NCBI RefSeq assembly: GCF_048403405.1
Contig: NZ_CP183129.1
Strand: one strand, 5' to 3'
Source of the DNA: Escherichia coli
Lineage (GTDB): Bacteria; Pseudomonadota; Gammaproteobacteria; Enterobacterales; Enterobacteriaceae
DNA length: 64,000 nucleotides
The notes beneath the pieces were generated by a model. It searched no databases. It was not told the origin of the DNA and was given only the letters and a program-made list of their open reading frames with translations. Each line of letters starts with the position of its first letter. Positions within the stretch are counted from its first letter, which is position 1. Shown one piece after another: positions 24,142-34,094 of the stretch. The position numbers and the translations under genes were made by a program.

Positions 24142-25212
24142 ATGAAAAAATTGATCAATGATGTGCAAGACGTACTGGACGAACAACTGGCAGGACTAGC
24201 GAAAGCGCATCCATCGCTGATACTGCACCAGGATCCGGTGTATGTCACCCGAGCTGATGCCCCCGTTGCAGGTAAAGTCGCCCTGCTGTCGGGTGGCGGC
24301 AGCGGACACGAGCCGATGCATTGTGGTTATATCGGTCAGGGGATGCTTTCGGGGGCCTGTCCGGGCGAAATTTTCACCTCACCGACGCCCGATAAAATCT
24401 TTGAATGCGCCATGCAAATTGATGGCGGCGAAGGTGTACTGTTGATTATCAAAAATTACACCGGCGATATTCTTAACTTCGAAACAGCAACCGAGTTACT
24501 GCACGATAGCGGCGTAAAAGTGACCACTGTGGTCATTGATGACGACGTTGCAGTAAAAGACAGTCTTTATACCGCCGGGCGGCGCGGCGTTGCCATCACC
24601 GTATTAATTGAAAAACTCGTAGGCGCAGCGGCGGAGCGTGGCGACTCACTGGACGCCTGTGCGGAACTGGGGCGTAAGTTGAATAATCAAGGCCACTCAA
24701 TAGGTATTGCTCTCGGTGCCTGTACCGTTCCTGCCGCGGGCAAACCTTCTTTTACCCTGGCGGACAATGAGATGGAGTTTGGCGTCGGCATTCATGGTGA
24801 GCCAGGTATTGACCGCCGTCCCTTCTCTTCCCTTGATCAAACCGTCGATGAAATGTTCGACACCCTGCTGGAAAATGGCTCATACCATCGCACTTTGCGT
24901 TTCTGGGATTATCAACAAGGCAGCTGGCAGGAAGAACCACAAACCAAACAACCGCTCCAGTCTGGCGATCGGGTGATTGCGCTGGTTAACAATCTTGGCG
25001 CAACTCCGCTTTCTGAGCTATACGGCGTCTATAACCGCCTGACCACACGTTGCCAACAAGCGGGATTGACTATCGAGCGTAATTTAATTGGCGCGTACTG
25101 TACCTCACTGGATATGACCGGTTTCTCAATCACCTTACTGAAAGTTGATGACGAAACGCTGGCACTCTGGGACGCCCCGGTCCACACCCCGGCCCTTAAC
25201 TGGGGTAAATAA
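24142..25212 (+). CDS. dhaK: Dihydroxyacetone kinase, dihydroxyacetone-binding subunit
   Basis: Start at the internal ATG, MKKLINDVQDV..., 356 aa. Confidence 0.9.
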   Translation: MKKLINDVQDVLDEQLAGLAKAHPSLILHQDPVYVTRADAPVAGKVALLSGGGSGHEPMHCGYIGQGMLSGACPGEIFTSPTPDKIFECAMQIDGGEGVLLIIKNYTGDILNFETATELLHDSGVKVTTVVIDDDVAVKDSLYTAGRRGVAITVLIEKLVGAAAERGDSLDACAELGRKLNNQGHSIGIALGACTVPAAGKPSFTLADNEMEFGVGIHGEPGIDRRPFSSLDQTVDEMFDTLLENGSYHRTLRFWDYQQGSWQEEPQTKQPLQSGDRVIALVNNLGATPLSELYGVYNRLTTRCQQAGLTIERNLIGAYCTSLDMTGFSITLLKVDDETLALWDAPVHTPALNWGK

Positions 25213-25222
25213 GGAGAAAGCA

Positions 25223-25855
25223 ATGTCACTGAGCAGAACTCAAATTGTTAACTGGCTCACTCGTTGTGGCGATATTTTCAACACCGAGAGCGAGTATCTT
25301 ACCGGACTGGATCGCGAAATTGGCGACGCTGACCACGGGCTAAATATGAACCGAGGCTTTAGCAAAGTGGTGGAAAAACTCCCTGCTATCGCAGATAAAG
25401 ATATCGGTTTCATTCTCAAGAATACCGGTATGACGCTACTTTCCAGCGTCGGTGGTGCCAGTGGTCCGCTTTTCGGTACCTTCTTTATCCGCGCCGCACA
25501 GGCGACCCAGGCACGGCAAAGCCTGACGCTGGAAGAGCTTTATCAGATGTTCCGCGATGGCGCGGACGGCGTAATCAGTCGCGGTAAAGCCGAACCTGGC
25601 GATAAAACCATGTGTGATGTGTGGGTGCCGGTGGTGGAATCGTTACGTCAGTCCAGCGAGCAAAATCTCTCTGTTCCGGCGGCGCTCGAAGCTGCCAGTA
25701 GCATCGCCGAGTCCGCTGCACAAAGTACGATTACGATGCAAGCCCGCAAAGGCCGCGCCAGTTATCTCGGTGAACGCAGTATTGGTCACCAGGACCCCGG
25801 TGCGACCTCGGTGATGTTTATGATGCAAATGTTGGCGTTAGCCGCAAAAGAGTAA
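25223..25855 (+). CDS. dhaL: Dihydroxyacetone kinase, ADP-binding subunit
   Basis: Start at ATG 25223 (MSLSRTQIVNWL...), 210 aa, preceded by AAGGAGA. Confidence 0.9.
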   Translation: MSLSRTQIVNWLTRCGDIFNTESEYLTGLDREIGDADHGLNMNRGFSKVVEKLPAIADKDIGFILKNTGMTLLSSVGGASGPLFGTFFIRAAQATQARQSLTLEELYQMFRDGADGVISRGKAEPGDKTMCDVWVPVVESLRQSSEQNLSVPAALEAASSIAESAAQSTITMQARKGRASYLGERSIGHQDPGATSVMFMMQMLALAAKE

Positions 25856-25865
25856 GGAATTGGTG

Positions 25866-27284
25866 ATGGTAAACCTGGTCATAGTTTCACATAGCAGCCG
25901 ACTGGGAGAAGGTGTCGGTGAACTAGCCCGTCAGATGTTAATGAGTGATAGTTGTAAAATCGCCATTGCCGCGGGAATTGACGATCCACAAAATCCCATT
26001 GGTACCGATGCCGTCAAAGTGATGGAGGCCATCGAATCTGTTGCCGATACCGACCATGTGCTGGTCATGATGGATATAGGAAGCGCATTATTGAGTGCTG
26101 AAACTGCGCTGGAATTGCTGGCTCCCGAGATCGCCGCAAAAGTACGTTTGTGTGCTGCGCCGTTGGTCGAAGGTACACTGGCAGCAACGGTCAGCGCGGC
26201 CTCGGGGGCGGAGATCGACAAAGTTATCTTTGACGCCATGCATGCGCTGGAAGCCAAACGTGAACAACTGGGTTTACCCTCCTCCAACACTGAAATCTCT
26301 GACACATGTCCTCCGTACGATGAAGAAGCCCGTTCTCTGGCGGTGGTCATAAAAAACCGTAACGGCCTGCATGTACGTCCGGCCTCCCGGCTGGTTTATA
26401 CCTTATCGACATTTAATGCCGATATGTTGCTGGAGAAAAACGGCAAATGCGTCACACCGGAGAGTATTAACCAGATTGCGTTACTACAAGTTCGCTATAA
26501 CGATACGCTGCGCCTGATTGCGAAAGGGCCAGAAGCTGAAGAGGCACTGATCGCTTTCCGTCAGCTGGCTGAAGATAACTTTGGTGAAACGGAGGAAGTT
26601 GCTCCACCTATTCTGCGTCCCGTTCCGCCTGTTTCGGGTAAAGCCTTTTATTATCAACCGGTTTTATGTACGGTACAGGCAAAATCAACCCTGACCGTGG
26701 ATGAAGAACAAGAACGATTACGCCAGGCCATTGACTTCACGTTATTAGATCTGATGACGTTAACAGCGAAAGCAGAAGCCAGCGGGCTTGACGATATTGC
26801 CGCAATCTTTTCTGGTCACCATACACTGTTAGATGATCCGGAACTGCTGGCGGCGGCAAGCGAACTCCTTCAGCATGAACATTGCACGGCAGAATATGCC
26901 TGGCAGCAAGTTCTTAAAGAACTTAGCCAGCAATACCAGCAACTGGATGATGAATATCTACAGGCTCGCTATATTGATGTGGACGATCTTCTGCATCGCA
27001 CCCTGGTCCACCTGACCCAAACGAAAGAAGAACTCCCGCAGTTTAACTCGCCAACTATTCTACTGGCGGAGAACATCTATCCCTCCACAATACTGCAACT
27101 GGATCCGGCGGTTGTAAAAGGTATCTGCCTTAGCGCCGGAAGTCCGCTATCCCACAGCGCCCTGATCGCCCGTGAACTGGGGATTGGCTGGATTTGCCAG
27201 CAGGGTGAGAAACTGTATGCGATACAACCAGAAGAAACGCTAACGCTGGACGTTAAAACGCAACGTTTCAGCCGTCAGGGTTAA
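25866..27284 (+). CDS. dhaM: Dihydroxyacetone kinase phosphotransferase subunit (PTS EIIA-HPr-EI-like fusion)
   Basis: Start at ATG 25866 (MVNLVIVSHSSRLGEG...), 472 aa. Confidence 0.9.
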   Translation: MVNLVIVSHSSRLGEGVGELARQMLMSDSCKIAIAAGIDDPQNPIGTDAVKVMEAIESVADTDHVLVMMDIGSALLSAETALELLAPEIAAKVRLCAAPLVEGTLAATVSAASGAEIDKVIFDAMHALEAKREQLGLPSSNTEISDTCPPYDEEARSLAVVIKNRNGLHVRPASRLVYTLSTFNADMLLEKNGKCVTPESINQIALLQVRYNDTLRLIAKGPEAEEALIAFRQLAEDNFGETEEVAPPILRPVPPVSGKAFYYQPVLCTVQAKSTLTVDEEQERLRQAIDFTLLDLMTLTAKAEASGLDDIAAIFSGHHTLLDDPELLAAASELLQHEHCTAEYAWQQVLKELSQQYQQLDDEYLQARYIDVDDLLHRTLVHLTQTKEELPQFNSPTILLAENIYPSTILQLDPAVVKGICLSAGSPLSHSALIARELGIGWICQQGEKLYAIQPEETLTLDVKTQRFSRQG

Positions 27285-27604
27285 ACCACCGTTCGGATGG
27301 CATCGTTCTGATGCCATCCGGCTATTTACTCTGCACGGATGATTTTTAACTACCTGTTATATTTTTCACCAAATCATGATGATTTTTTCTGCGCTAATCG
27401 CGAACCCAACGCCGCTGGCTGGCTAACAAACAGACGTTATTTGATCACTCTATTTCGCCGTTATTTATCCCTTTAATTCCCTTTTCTAAAATGCCTGACC
27501 GTTCGCAGAATGAGATTTCGATCATGCAGCTAGTGCGATCCTGAACTAAGGTTTTCTGATACTTGAATACCGTTTTATTCGGTTTCGCCAAAGGAGAATG
27601 ATTG

Positions 27605-29302
27605 ATGAAATCCCCCGCAGCTTCTCGCCCGCTAAAAATGGCGTTAATTCCAGCCTGCATTTTTTTGTGTTTCGCTGCGCTATCGGTGCAGGCAGAAGAA
27701 ACACCGGTAACGCCACAGCCGCCTGATATTTTATTAGGGCCGCTGTTTAATGATGTGCAAAACGCCAAACTTTTTCCGGACCAAAAAACCTTTGCCGATG
27801 CCGTGCCGAACAGCGATCCGCTGATGATCCTTGCTGATTATCGGATGCAGCAAAACCAGAGCGGATTTGATCTGCGCCATTTCGTTAACGTCAATTTCAC
27901 CCTGCCGAAAGAGGGCGAGAAATATGTTCCGCCAGAGGGGCAATCACTACGCGAACATATTGACGGACTTTGGCCGGTATTAACGCGTTCTACCGAAAAT
28001 ACCGAAAAATGGGATTCTCTGTTACCGCTGCCGGAACCTTATGTCGTGCCGGGCGGACGTTTTCGCGAGGTATATTACTGGGACAGTTACTTCACCATGT
28101 TAGGACTTGCCGAAAGCGGTCACTGGGATAAAGTCGCGGATATGGTGGCCAATTTTGCTCATGAAATAGACACTTACGGTCATATTCCCAACGGCAACCG
28201 CAGTTACTATTTAAGTCGCTCGCAGCCGCCCTTCTTTGCCCTGATGGTAGAGTTACTGGCGCAGCATGAAGGTGATGCCGCGTTGAAGCAATACCTGCCG
28301 CAAATGCAAAAAGAATATGCTTACTGGATGGACGGTGTTGAAAACCTGCAAGCCGGACAACAGGAAAAACGCGTTGTAAAACTTCAGGATGGTACCCTTC
28401 TCAACCGCTACTGGGACGATCGCGATACGCCACGACCAGAGTCATGGGTGGAAGATATTGCCACCGCCAAAAGCAATCCGAATCGACCTGCCACTGAAAT
28501 TTACCGCGACCTGCGCTCTGCCGCTGCGTCTGGCTGGGATTTCAGCTCGCGCTGGATGGACAACCCGCAGCAGTTAAATACCTTACGCACCACCAGCATC
28601 GTACCGGTCGATCTGAACAGCCTGATGTTTAAAATGGAAAAAATCCTCGCCCGCGCCAGCAAAGCTGCCGGAGATAACGCGATGGCAAACCAGTACGAAA
28701 CGCTGGCGAATGCCCGTCAAAAAGGGATCGAAAAATACCTGTGGAACGATCAACAAGGCTGGTATGCCGATTACGACCTGAAAAGTCATAAAGTGCGCAA
28801 TCAGTTAACCGCGGCCGCCCTGTTCCCGCTGTACGTCAATGCGGCAGCGAAAGATCGCGCCAGCAAAATGGCGACGGCGACGAAAACACATCTGCTGCAA
28901 CCAGGCGGCCTGAACACCACGTCGGTGAAAAGTGGGCAACAATGGGATGCGCCAAACGGCTGGGCACCGTTGCAGTGGGTCGCGACAGAAGGGTTACAAA
29001 ACTACGGGCAAAAAGAGGTGGCGATGGACATTAGCTGGCACTTCCTGACCAATGTTCAGCACACCTATGACCGGGAGAAAAAGCTGGTGGAAAAATATGA
29101 TGTCAGCACCACCGGAACAGGGGGCGGCGGTGGCGAATATCCATTACAGGATGGCTTTGGCTGGACCAATGGCGTGACGCTGAAAATGCTGGATTTGATC
29201 TGCCCGAAAGAGCAACCGTGTGACAATGTTCCGGCGACGCGTCCACTCAGTGAATCAACAACACAGCCGCTAAAACAAAAAGAGGCGGAACCTACGCCTT
29301 AA
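27605..29302 (+). CDS. treA: Periplasmic trehalase
   Basis: Start at ATG 27605 ([30 protein letters not shown]...), 565 aa with signal peptide. Confidence 0.95.
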   Translation: MKSPAASRPLKMALIPACIFLCFAALSVQAEETPVTPQPPDILLGPLFNDVQNAKLFPDQKTFADAVPNSDPLMILADYRMQQNQSGFDLRHFVNVNFTLPKEGEKYVPPEGQSLREHIDGLWPVLTRSTENTEKWDSLLPLPEPYVVPGGRFREVYYWDSYFTMLGLAESGHWDKVADMVANFAHEIDTYGHIPNGNRSYYLSRSQPPFFALMVELLAQHEGDAALKQYLPQMQKEYAYWMDGVENLQAGQQEKRVVKLQDGTLLNRYWDDRDTPRPESWVEDIATAKSNPNRPATEIYRDLRSAAASGWDFSSRWMDNPQQLNTLRTTSIVPVDLNSLMFKMEKILARASKAAGDNAMANQYETLANARQKGIEKYLWNDQQGWYADYDLKSHKVRNQLTAAALFPLYVNAAAKDRASKMATATKTHLLQPGGLNTTSVKSGQQWDAPNGWAPLQWVATEGLQNYGQKEVAMDISWHFLTNVQHTYDREKKLVEKYDVSTTGTGGGGGEYPLQDGFGWTNGVTLKMLDLICPKEQPCDNVPATRPLSESTTQPLKQKEAEPTP

Positions 29303-29316
29303 CTTTACTGTATATC

Positions 29317-29360
29317 GAGCAATGCCATTACGTGCATAAAATTGGCATTGCTCTTTCTTC
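29317..29360 (+). terminator. Terminator hairpin after treA
   Basis: gagcaatgcca(N15)tggcattgctc followed by tttcttc. Confidence 0.6.
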
Positions 29361-29638
29361 ATCACGAAATACCAAATACCACTCTTTCTACGGTCTATGC
29401 CTTTATTTTCTTTTATTAGAGAAGATTTTAATTTTATTTTATCAACTTGTTAATCATTACACCTCTATTTATATTTTCCCCCACTCCCCATTCTCCCTGA
29501 CAATTTTCTTGTGGAACAAAGTGTTATTTAAGAAACAAGCAAATCATTCTGTCTCTTTAGACAAATTTTGACATCAAACATGATCTTTTTCGCTATATGT
29601 GTAAGTATATATCGGTTTTAATTATCAGGATATTACTT

Positions 29639-30661
29639 ATGTCACTAACCAGACGGAGGTTTACACAGATTCTTGCGTCGACATTGTTCCTGCATCATCT
29701 GCCGTCCTTTGCACTATCAGTCAAATTCTGGGCCTCACTGACGCTTCCCGAAGCCCAAAACATTACACGCATCGTCAGCGCAGGCGCGCCCGCCGATTTA
29801 CTATTGCTGGCTGTCGCGCCAGAAAAAATGGTCGGTTTTTCCTCTTTTGATTTTGCCCGTCAGGCATTAATTCCATTGCCAAAGCACATTCGCCAGTTCC
29901 CCAGGCTGGGACGACTCGCCGGGCGCGCCAGCACACTCTCGCTGGAAGGGCTTATGGCGTTACATCCCGATTTGGTCGTTGATTGCGGCAATACGGATGA
30001 AACCTGGATCTCCCAGGCACGGCAGGTTAGCGAACAGACACAAATACCCTGGTTATTGCTTAACGGGAAACTGGAACAATCAGCAGAACAGTTAACAACG
30101 CTTGGCAAAACGTTAGGCGAAGAGCACCGCACCGCAGAACAAGCCAATCTCGCCAGCCGCTTCGTTGGTGAAGCTCAGGCATTCGCCACCTCACCCGCCG
30201 CTAACCTCAGCTTTTATGCTGCGCGCGGTCCTCGAGGGCTGGAAACGGGCTTACAGGGTTCGTTGCATACCGAGGCGGCGGAATTATTAGGTTTGCACAA
30301 CGTCGCGCAAATAGCCGATCGCCACGGTCTGACACAGGTTTCCATGGAAAATCTCCTGCGCTGGCAGCCGGATATTATTCTGGTTCAGGAGGCCGTTACT
30401 GCAGATTTTATTCGTCGTGATCCTCTCTGGCAGGGCGTGAAAGCGGTTGCGGAACAACGCATCTTATTTTTAAGTGGCCTGCCCTTTGGCTGGCTGGATG
30501 CCCCGCCGGGAATCAACCGTCTTCTGGGATTACGCAGACTTCACGCCTGGCTGGATCCCGCCATCAATCGCCAGTTTAAAAGTGACATGCAGCATTACGC
30601 CCAACTGTTCTGGCATTGCCTATTAAGTGACGCCGACTATCAAAAATTGGTGGCGAGCTAA
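29639..30661 (+). CDS. ABC transporter periplasmic substrate-binding protein (siderophore/cobalamin-type)
   Basis: Start chosen at the ATG after AGGA (MSLTRRRFTQILAS..., Tat-like RRxF signal); domain class is inferred from operon context, not from a recognised motif. Confidence 0.65.
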   Translation: MSLTRRRFTQILASTLFLHHLPSFALSVKFWASLTLPEAQNITRIVSAGAPADLLLLAVAPEKMVGFSSFDFARQALIPLPKHIRQFPRLGRLAGRASTLSLEGLMALHPDLVVDCGNTDETWISQARQVSEQTQIPWLLLNGKLEQSAEQLTTLGKTLGEEHRTAEQANLASRFVGEAQAFATSPAANLSFYAARGPRGLETGLQGSLHTEAAELLGLHNVAQIADRHGLTQVSMENLLRWQPDIILVQEAVTADFIRRDPLWQGVKAVAEQRILFLSGLPFGWLDAPPGINRLLGLRRLHAWLDPAINRQFKSDMQHYAQLFWHCLLSDADYQKLVAS

Positions 30662-31641
30662 TGAGAACCGTAAACGGATGTATTTTGCTGCTGGCAGCTA
30701 TCAGTATCACTTTTGCCGCCGTAAGTGGGGCTTATCATCTCGATATACAGCAACTGCTGGCGCTCATTCTTCGTCAAGAAAATGTTCCTGTGCAGGAACA
30801 AATTGTCTTCTGGCAAATCCGCGTGCCGCGTATTCTTGCTGCGCTGTTTCTGGGCGCGGCGCTGGCAGGGGCCGGAACCACCTATCAGGGAATGTTCCGT
30901 AATCCCTTAGTGTCACCGGATATTTTAGGCGTCTCCGCCGGTGCCGGACTTGGTGCCTGCGCGGCAATCCTGTGGGGATTATCCATTGTTTACATCCAGC
31001 TGTACGCATTTTGCGGCGGGCTGATGGTGGTCGCGGGCGTCTGGTTGATTACGCGTCGGGTGACCCGCCACGATCCGATCTTAACCCTGGTGCTGGTAGG
31101 CATTGCGTTAGGAACGTTGTGCGGAGCGGGGATATCGCTAATAAAAACGCTGGCCGATCCTTACACCCAGTTACCGTCAATTACCTTCTGGTTGCTGGGG
31201 GGGCTGTCCACCGTGACCTTACGCGATCTCTGCTATGCTGCACCGATCATTCTCATAGGCTCCTTGCCCCTGTTTTTTCTCCGCTGGCGTATGAATTTAC
31301 TCACGCTTTCCGACGACGAAGCCCGTTCGCTGGGACTGAACGTGACACGTCTGCGCTTTGGATTAATTGTCTGCGCCACACTAATCACCGCCAGCACGGT
31401 AGCAATAGCGGGCATAATTGGTTGGGTCGGCCTGGTCGTTCCGCACATTGCCCGCTTGTTGACCGGTCATAACCATCAGCAGCTGTTGCCCATGGCAATG
31501 TGTACTGGCGCGATTCTGCTCCTGCTTACCGATACGCTGGCACGCAGCATTGGAACAACAGAAATCCCACTTGGCATTCTGACCGCTTTTGTTGGTGCAC
31601 CGTTTTTCCTGTTTTTGTTGTTACGCGGAGGTCGCCAGTGA
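30661..31641 (+). CDS. ABC transporter permease (FecCD/BtuC family)
   Basis: 326-aa polytopic membrane protein; stop overlaps the start of the downstream ATPase (GTGA). Confidence 0.8.
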   Translation: MRTVNGCILLLAAISITFAAVSGAYHLDIQQLLALILRQENVPVQEQIVFWQIRVPRILAALFLGAALAGAGTTYQGMFRNPLVSPDILGVSAGAGLGACAAILWGLSIVYIQLYAFCGGLMVVAGVWLITRRVTRHDPILTLVLVGIALGTLCGAGISLIKTLADPYTQLPSITFWLLGGLSTVTLRDLCYAAPIILIGSLPLFFLRWRMNLLTLSDDEARSLGLNVTRLRFGLIVCATLITASTVAIAGIIGWVGLVVPHIARLLTGHNHQQLLPMAMCTGAILLLLTDTLARSIGTTEIPLGILTAFVGAPFFLFLLLRGGRQ

Positions 31642-32396
31642 CTTTGCTTGCCGTCCGTCATGCGTCTCTGGGTTACTCCCGCCATCCGGTGCTACGCGAC
31701 GTGTCCTTCACCCTGTCGCAAGGAACAATTTGTTGTCTGTTAGGAGCCAATGGTTGCGGCAAAACCACACTCATGCGCTCCATTCTTGGCGTTATACCGT
31801 TATTAAAAGGCGAGATCTTACTGGATAGCCTCCCTGTGCAGACACTCAGCCATCGCCAGCGCGCGCAGGCTATTGCCTGGGTGCCGCAGGCGCACGACGG
31901 CATTTTTGCTTTTAGTGTGCTGGATATGGTGTTGATGGGCCTGGCCCCCACCATAGGCGCTTTTTCCGTTCCCGGTAAGCAAGAACGCCTGAAAGCAACG
32001 GAGCAACTGGAAAAGCTGGGCATTTTGCATCTGGCGACACGACGCTGGAATACACTTAGCGGCGGTGAACGTCAGCTGGCTTTAATCGCCCGTGCACTCG
32101 TCCAGCAACCGCGCTTGTTATTACTGGATGAGCCTGCCTCCAGCCTCGATTTCGGTCATCAGATCCAACTACTGGACACGCTGGCGCAGCTCAAAAATAA
32201 CGGCATGGCAATGCTAATGTCGACTCATCATCCGCTCCATGCCAACGCCATTGCCGACAGCATTATCCAGGTAGAGCCAGATGGACGAGTAACACAAGGC
32301 TTACCGACCGAACAGTTAACAACGAACAAACTGGCTGCCCTGTACCGGGTTTCTGCCGACCAGATTCATCATCACCTCTCTGCAATTAGCCACTAA
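31638..32396 (+). CDS. ABC transporter ATP-binding protein
   Basis: GTG start; Walker A GANGCGKTT, signature LSGGERQ, Walker B LLLDEP. Confidence 0.85.
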   Translation: MTLLAVRHASLGYSRHPVLRDVSFTLSQGTICCLLGANGCGKTTLMRSILGVIPLLKGEILLDSLPVQTLSHRQRAQAIAWVPQAHDGIFAFSVLDMVLMGLAPTIGAFSVPGKQERLKATEQLEKLGILHLATRRWNTLSGGERQLALIARALVQQPRLLLLDEPASSLDFGHQIQLLDTLAQLKNNGMAMLMSTHHPLHANAIADSIIQVEPDGRVTQGLPTEQLTTNKLAALYRVSADQIHHHLSAISH

Positions 32397-32405
32397 GGAA
32401 CAATC

Positions 32406-33218
32406 ATGCTCATTGATGATATTGATTTTGCGGACCTTTACCTGCAGCAACTCAAACTGGCCCACCGCACAGAAAAAACGCCGGCTCACTGGGATCAACG
32501 GGCGGAAAAAATGGCGGAAAATTGCGCCTCGCCTACGGACAGCTACCTGCAACAACTGACCTCAAAAATTGACCTGCAAGGCGCGCAAACCTTATTCGAT
32601 ATGGGCTGCGGACCGGGTACCGTATCGCTGGCGCTGGCGGCCAAACTCACGACGATTTATGGCGTTGATTACAGTCAGGGGATGCTGAACGTTGCCGCCC
32701 GTCGCGCCGCCGCGCTAAAGGCAGACAATGTCCACTGGATCCAGCGCGCCTGGGAAGAGGACTGGAGTGACCTGCCACGCTGCGATATTGCCGTGGCTTC
32801 CCGCTCCACTCTGGTGGCTGATATGCGCCAGGCAATGAGCAAACTGAATAATCAGGCACGGCTTCGCGTCTATACGACTCATCTGGTCAGCACCTCGTTC
32901 GTCTCTCCAGCCATTCAGCGGGCGGCTGGTCGGGAAGTGATCGAATTACCCAACTATATCTTTGCGCTCAACGTCCTGTATCAGATGGGAATTTATGCTC
33001 ACGTTGATTTTATCCGTGGACAAAATTGCCAACAGGATAACAGCACCTGGGAACGTTTTGAGCAGAACGTCAGCTGGAGTCTGGGCGCGCTTAACGACGA
33101 TGAGCGTGAGCGGTTATATCGCTGGTATCAACAACAAGATGCTCGTGCCCTCGCCCCTGCCAGCCGCGACTGGGCGCTCATCTGGTGGGATAGCGTACCG
33201 CAAGAGGCACTGCGATGA
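32406..33218 (+). CDS. Class I SAM-dependent methyltransferase
   Basis: 270 aa with motif I FDMGCGPGTVSL. Confidence 0.7.
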   Translation: MLIDDIDFADLYLQQLKLAHRTEKTPAHWDQRAEKMAENCASPTDSYLQQLTSKIDLQGAQTLFDMGCGPGTVSLALAAKLTTIYGVDYSQGMLNVAARRAAALKADNVHWIQRAWEEDWSDLPRCDIAVASRSTLVADMRQAMSKLNNQARLRVYTTHLVSTSFVSPAIQRAAGREVIELPNYIFALNVLYQMGIYAHVDFIRGQNCQQDNSTWERFEQNVSWSLGALNDDERERLYRWYQQQDARALAPASRDWALIWWDSVPQEALR

Positions 33219-34069
33219 TTTTCCTTTCTCAGGCACAAATCGATGCGTTACTTCTGGAAGATATCCAGGGCGGTGACCTGACCACGCGAGCATTAAATAT
33301 TGGACACCAGCATGGCTATATAGAGTTTTTTCTCCGTCAGGGCGGCTGCGTCAGCGGCATTTCTGTCGCGTGTAAGATGTTAACTACGCTGGGATTAACT
33401 ATTGATGACGCGGTCAGCGACGGTTCACAAGCGAACGCGGGTCAGCGGCTAATCCGTGCGCAAGGTAATGCCGCAGCACTTCATCAGGGATGGAAGGCAG
33501 TCCAGAATGTGCTGGAGTGGAGTTGCGGTGTTTCTGATTATCTCGCTCAAATGCTGGCGTTACTTCGTGAACGTTACCCTGATGGCAATATCGCCTGCAC
33601 CCGAAAAGCAATTCCGGGCACCCGCTTACTGGCCTCGCAGGCAATTCTGGCTGCCGGAGGACTGATTCATCGTGCCGGATGTGCGGAAACCATATTATTG
33701 TTTGCCAACCACCGCCATTTTCTTCATGACAATCAGGACTGGTCAGGCGCAATCAATCAGTTACGTCGCCACGCACCCGAGAAGAAAATAGTTGTTGAAG
33801 CCGACACGCCGAAAGAGGCAATCGCCGCGTTACGCGCGCAACCAGACGTACTTCAGCTCGACAAATTTAGTCCGCAACAGGCAACTGAAATTGCGCAAAT
33901 AGCACCGTCGCTGGATCCTCACTGCACGCTGGCTCTGACCGGTGGAATTAATCTGACAACTCTCAAAAATTACCTCGACTGCGGCATTCGCCTTTTTATT
34001 ACCTCCGCGCCTTATTACGCGACACCAGCTGACATTAAAGTCAGTCTGCAACCCGCAGCCTCTATTTAA
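33215..34069 (+). CDS. ModD-like protein (quinolinate/nicotinate phosphoribosyltransferase fold)
   Basis: 284 aa; overlaps the methyltransferase stop (ATGA); family assignment is from general sequence resemblance recalled from memory. Confidence 0.55.
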   Translation: MIFLSQAQIDALLLEDIQGGDLTTRALNIGHQHGYIEFFLRQGGCVSGISVACKMLTTLGLTIDDAVSDGSQANAGQRLIRAQGNAAALHQGWKAVQNVLEWSCGVSDYLAQMLALLRERYPDGNIACTRKAIPGTRLLASQAILAAGGLIHRAGCAETILLFANHRHFLHDNQDWSGAINQLRRHAPEKKIVVEADTPKEAIAALRAQPDVLQLDKFSPQQATEIAQIAPSLDPHCTLALTGGINLTTLKNYLDCGIRLFITSAPYYATPADIKVSLQPAASI

Positions 34070-34094
34070 TTCTTTGTTAAACGGAATTTATTCT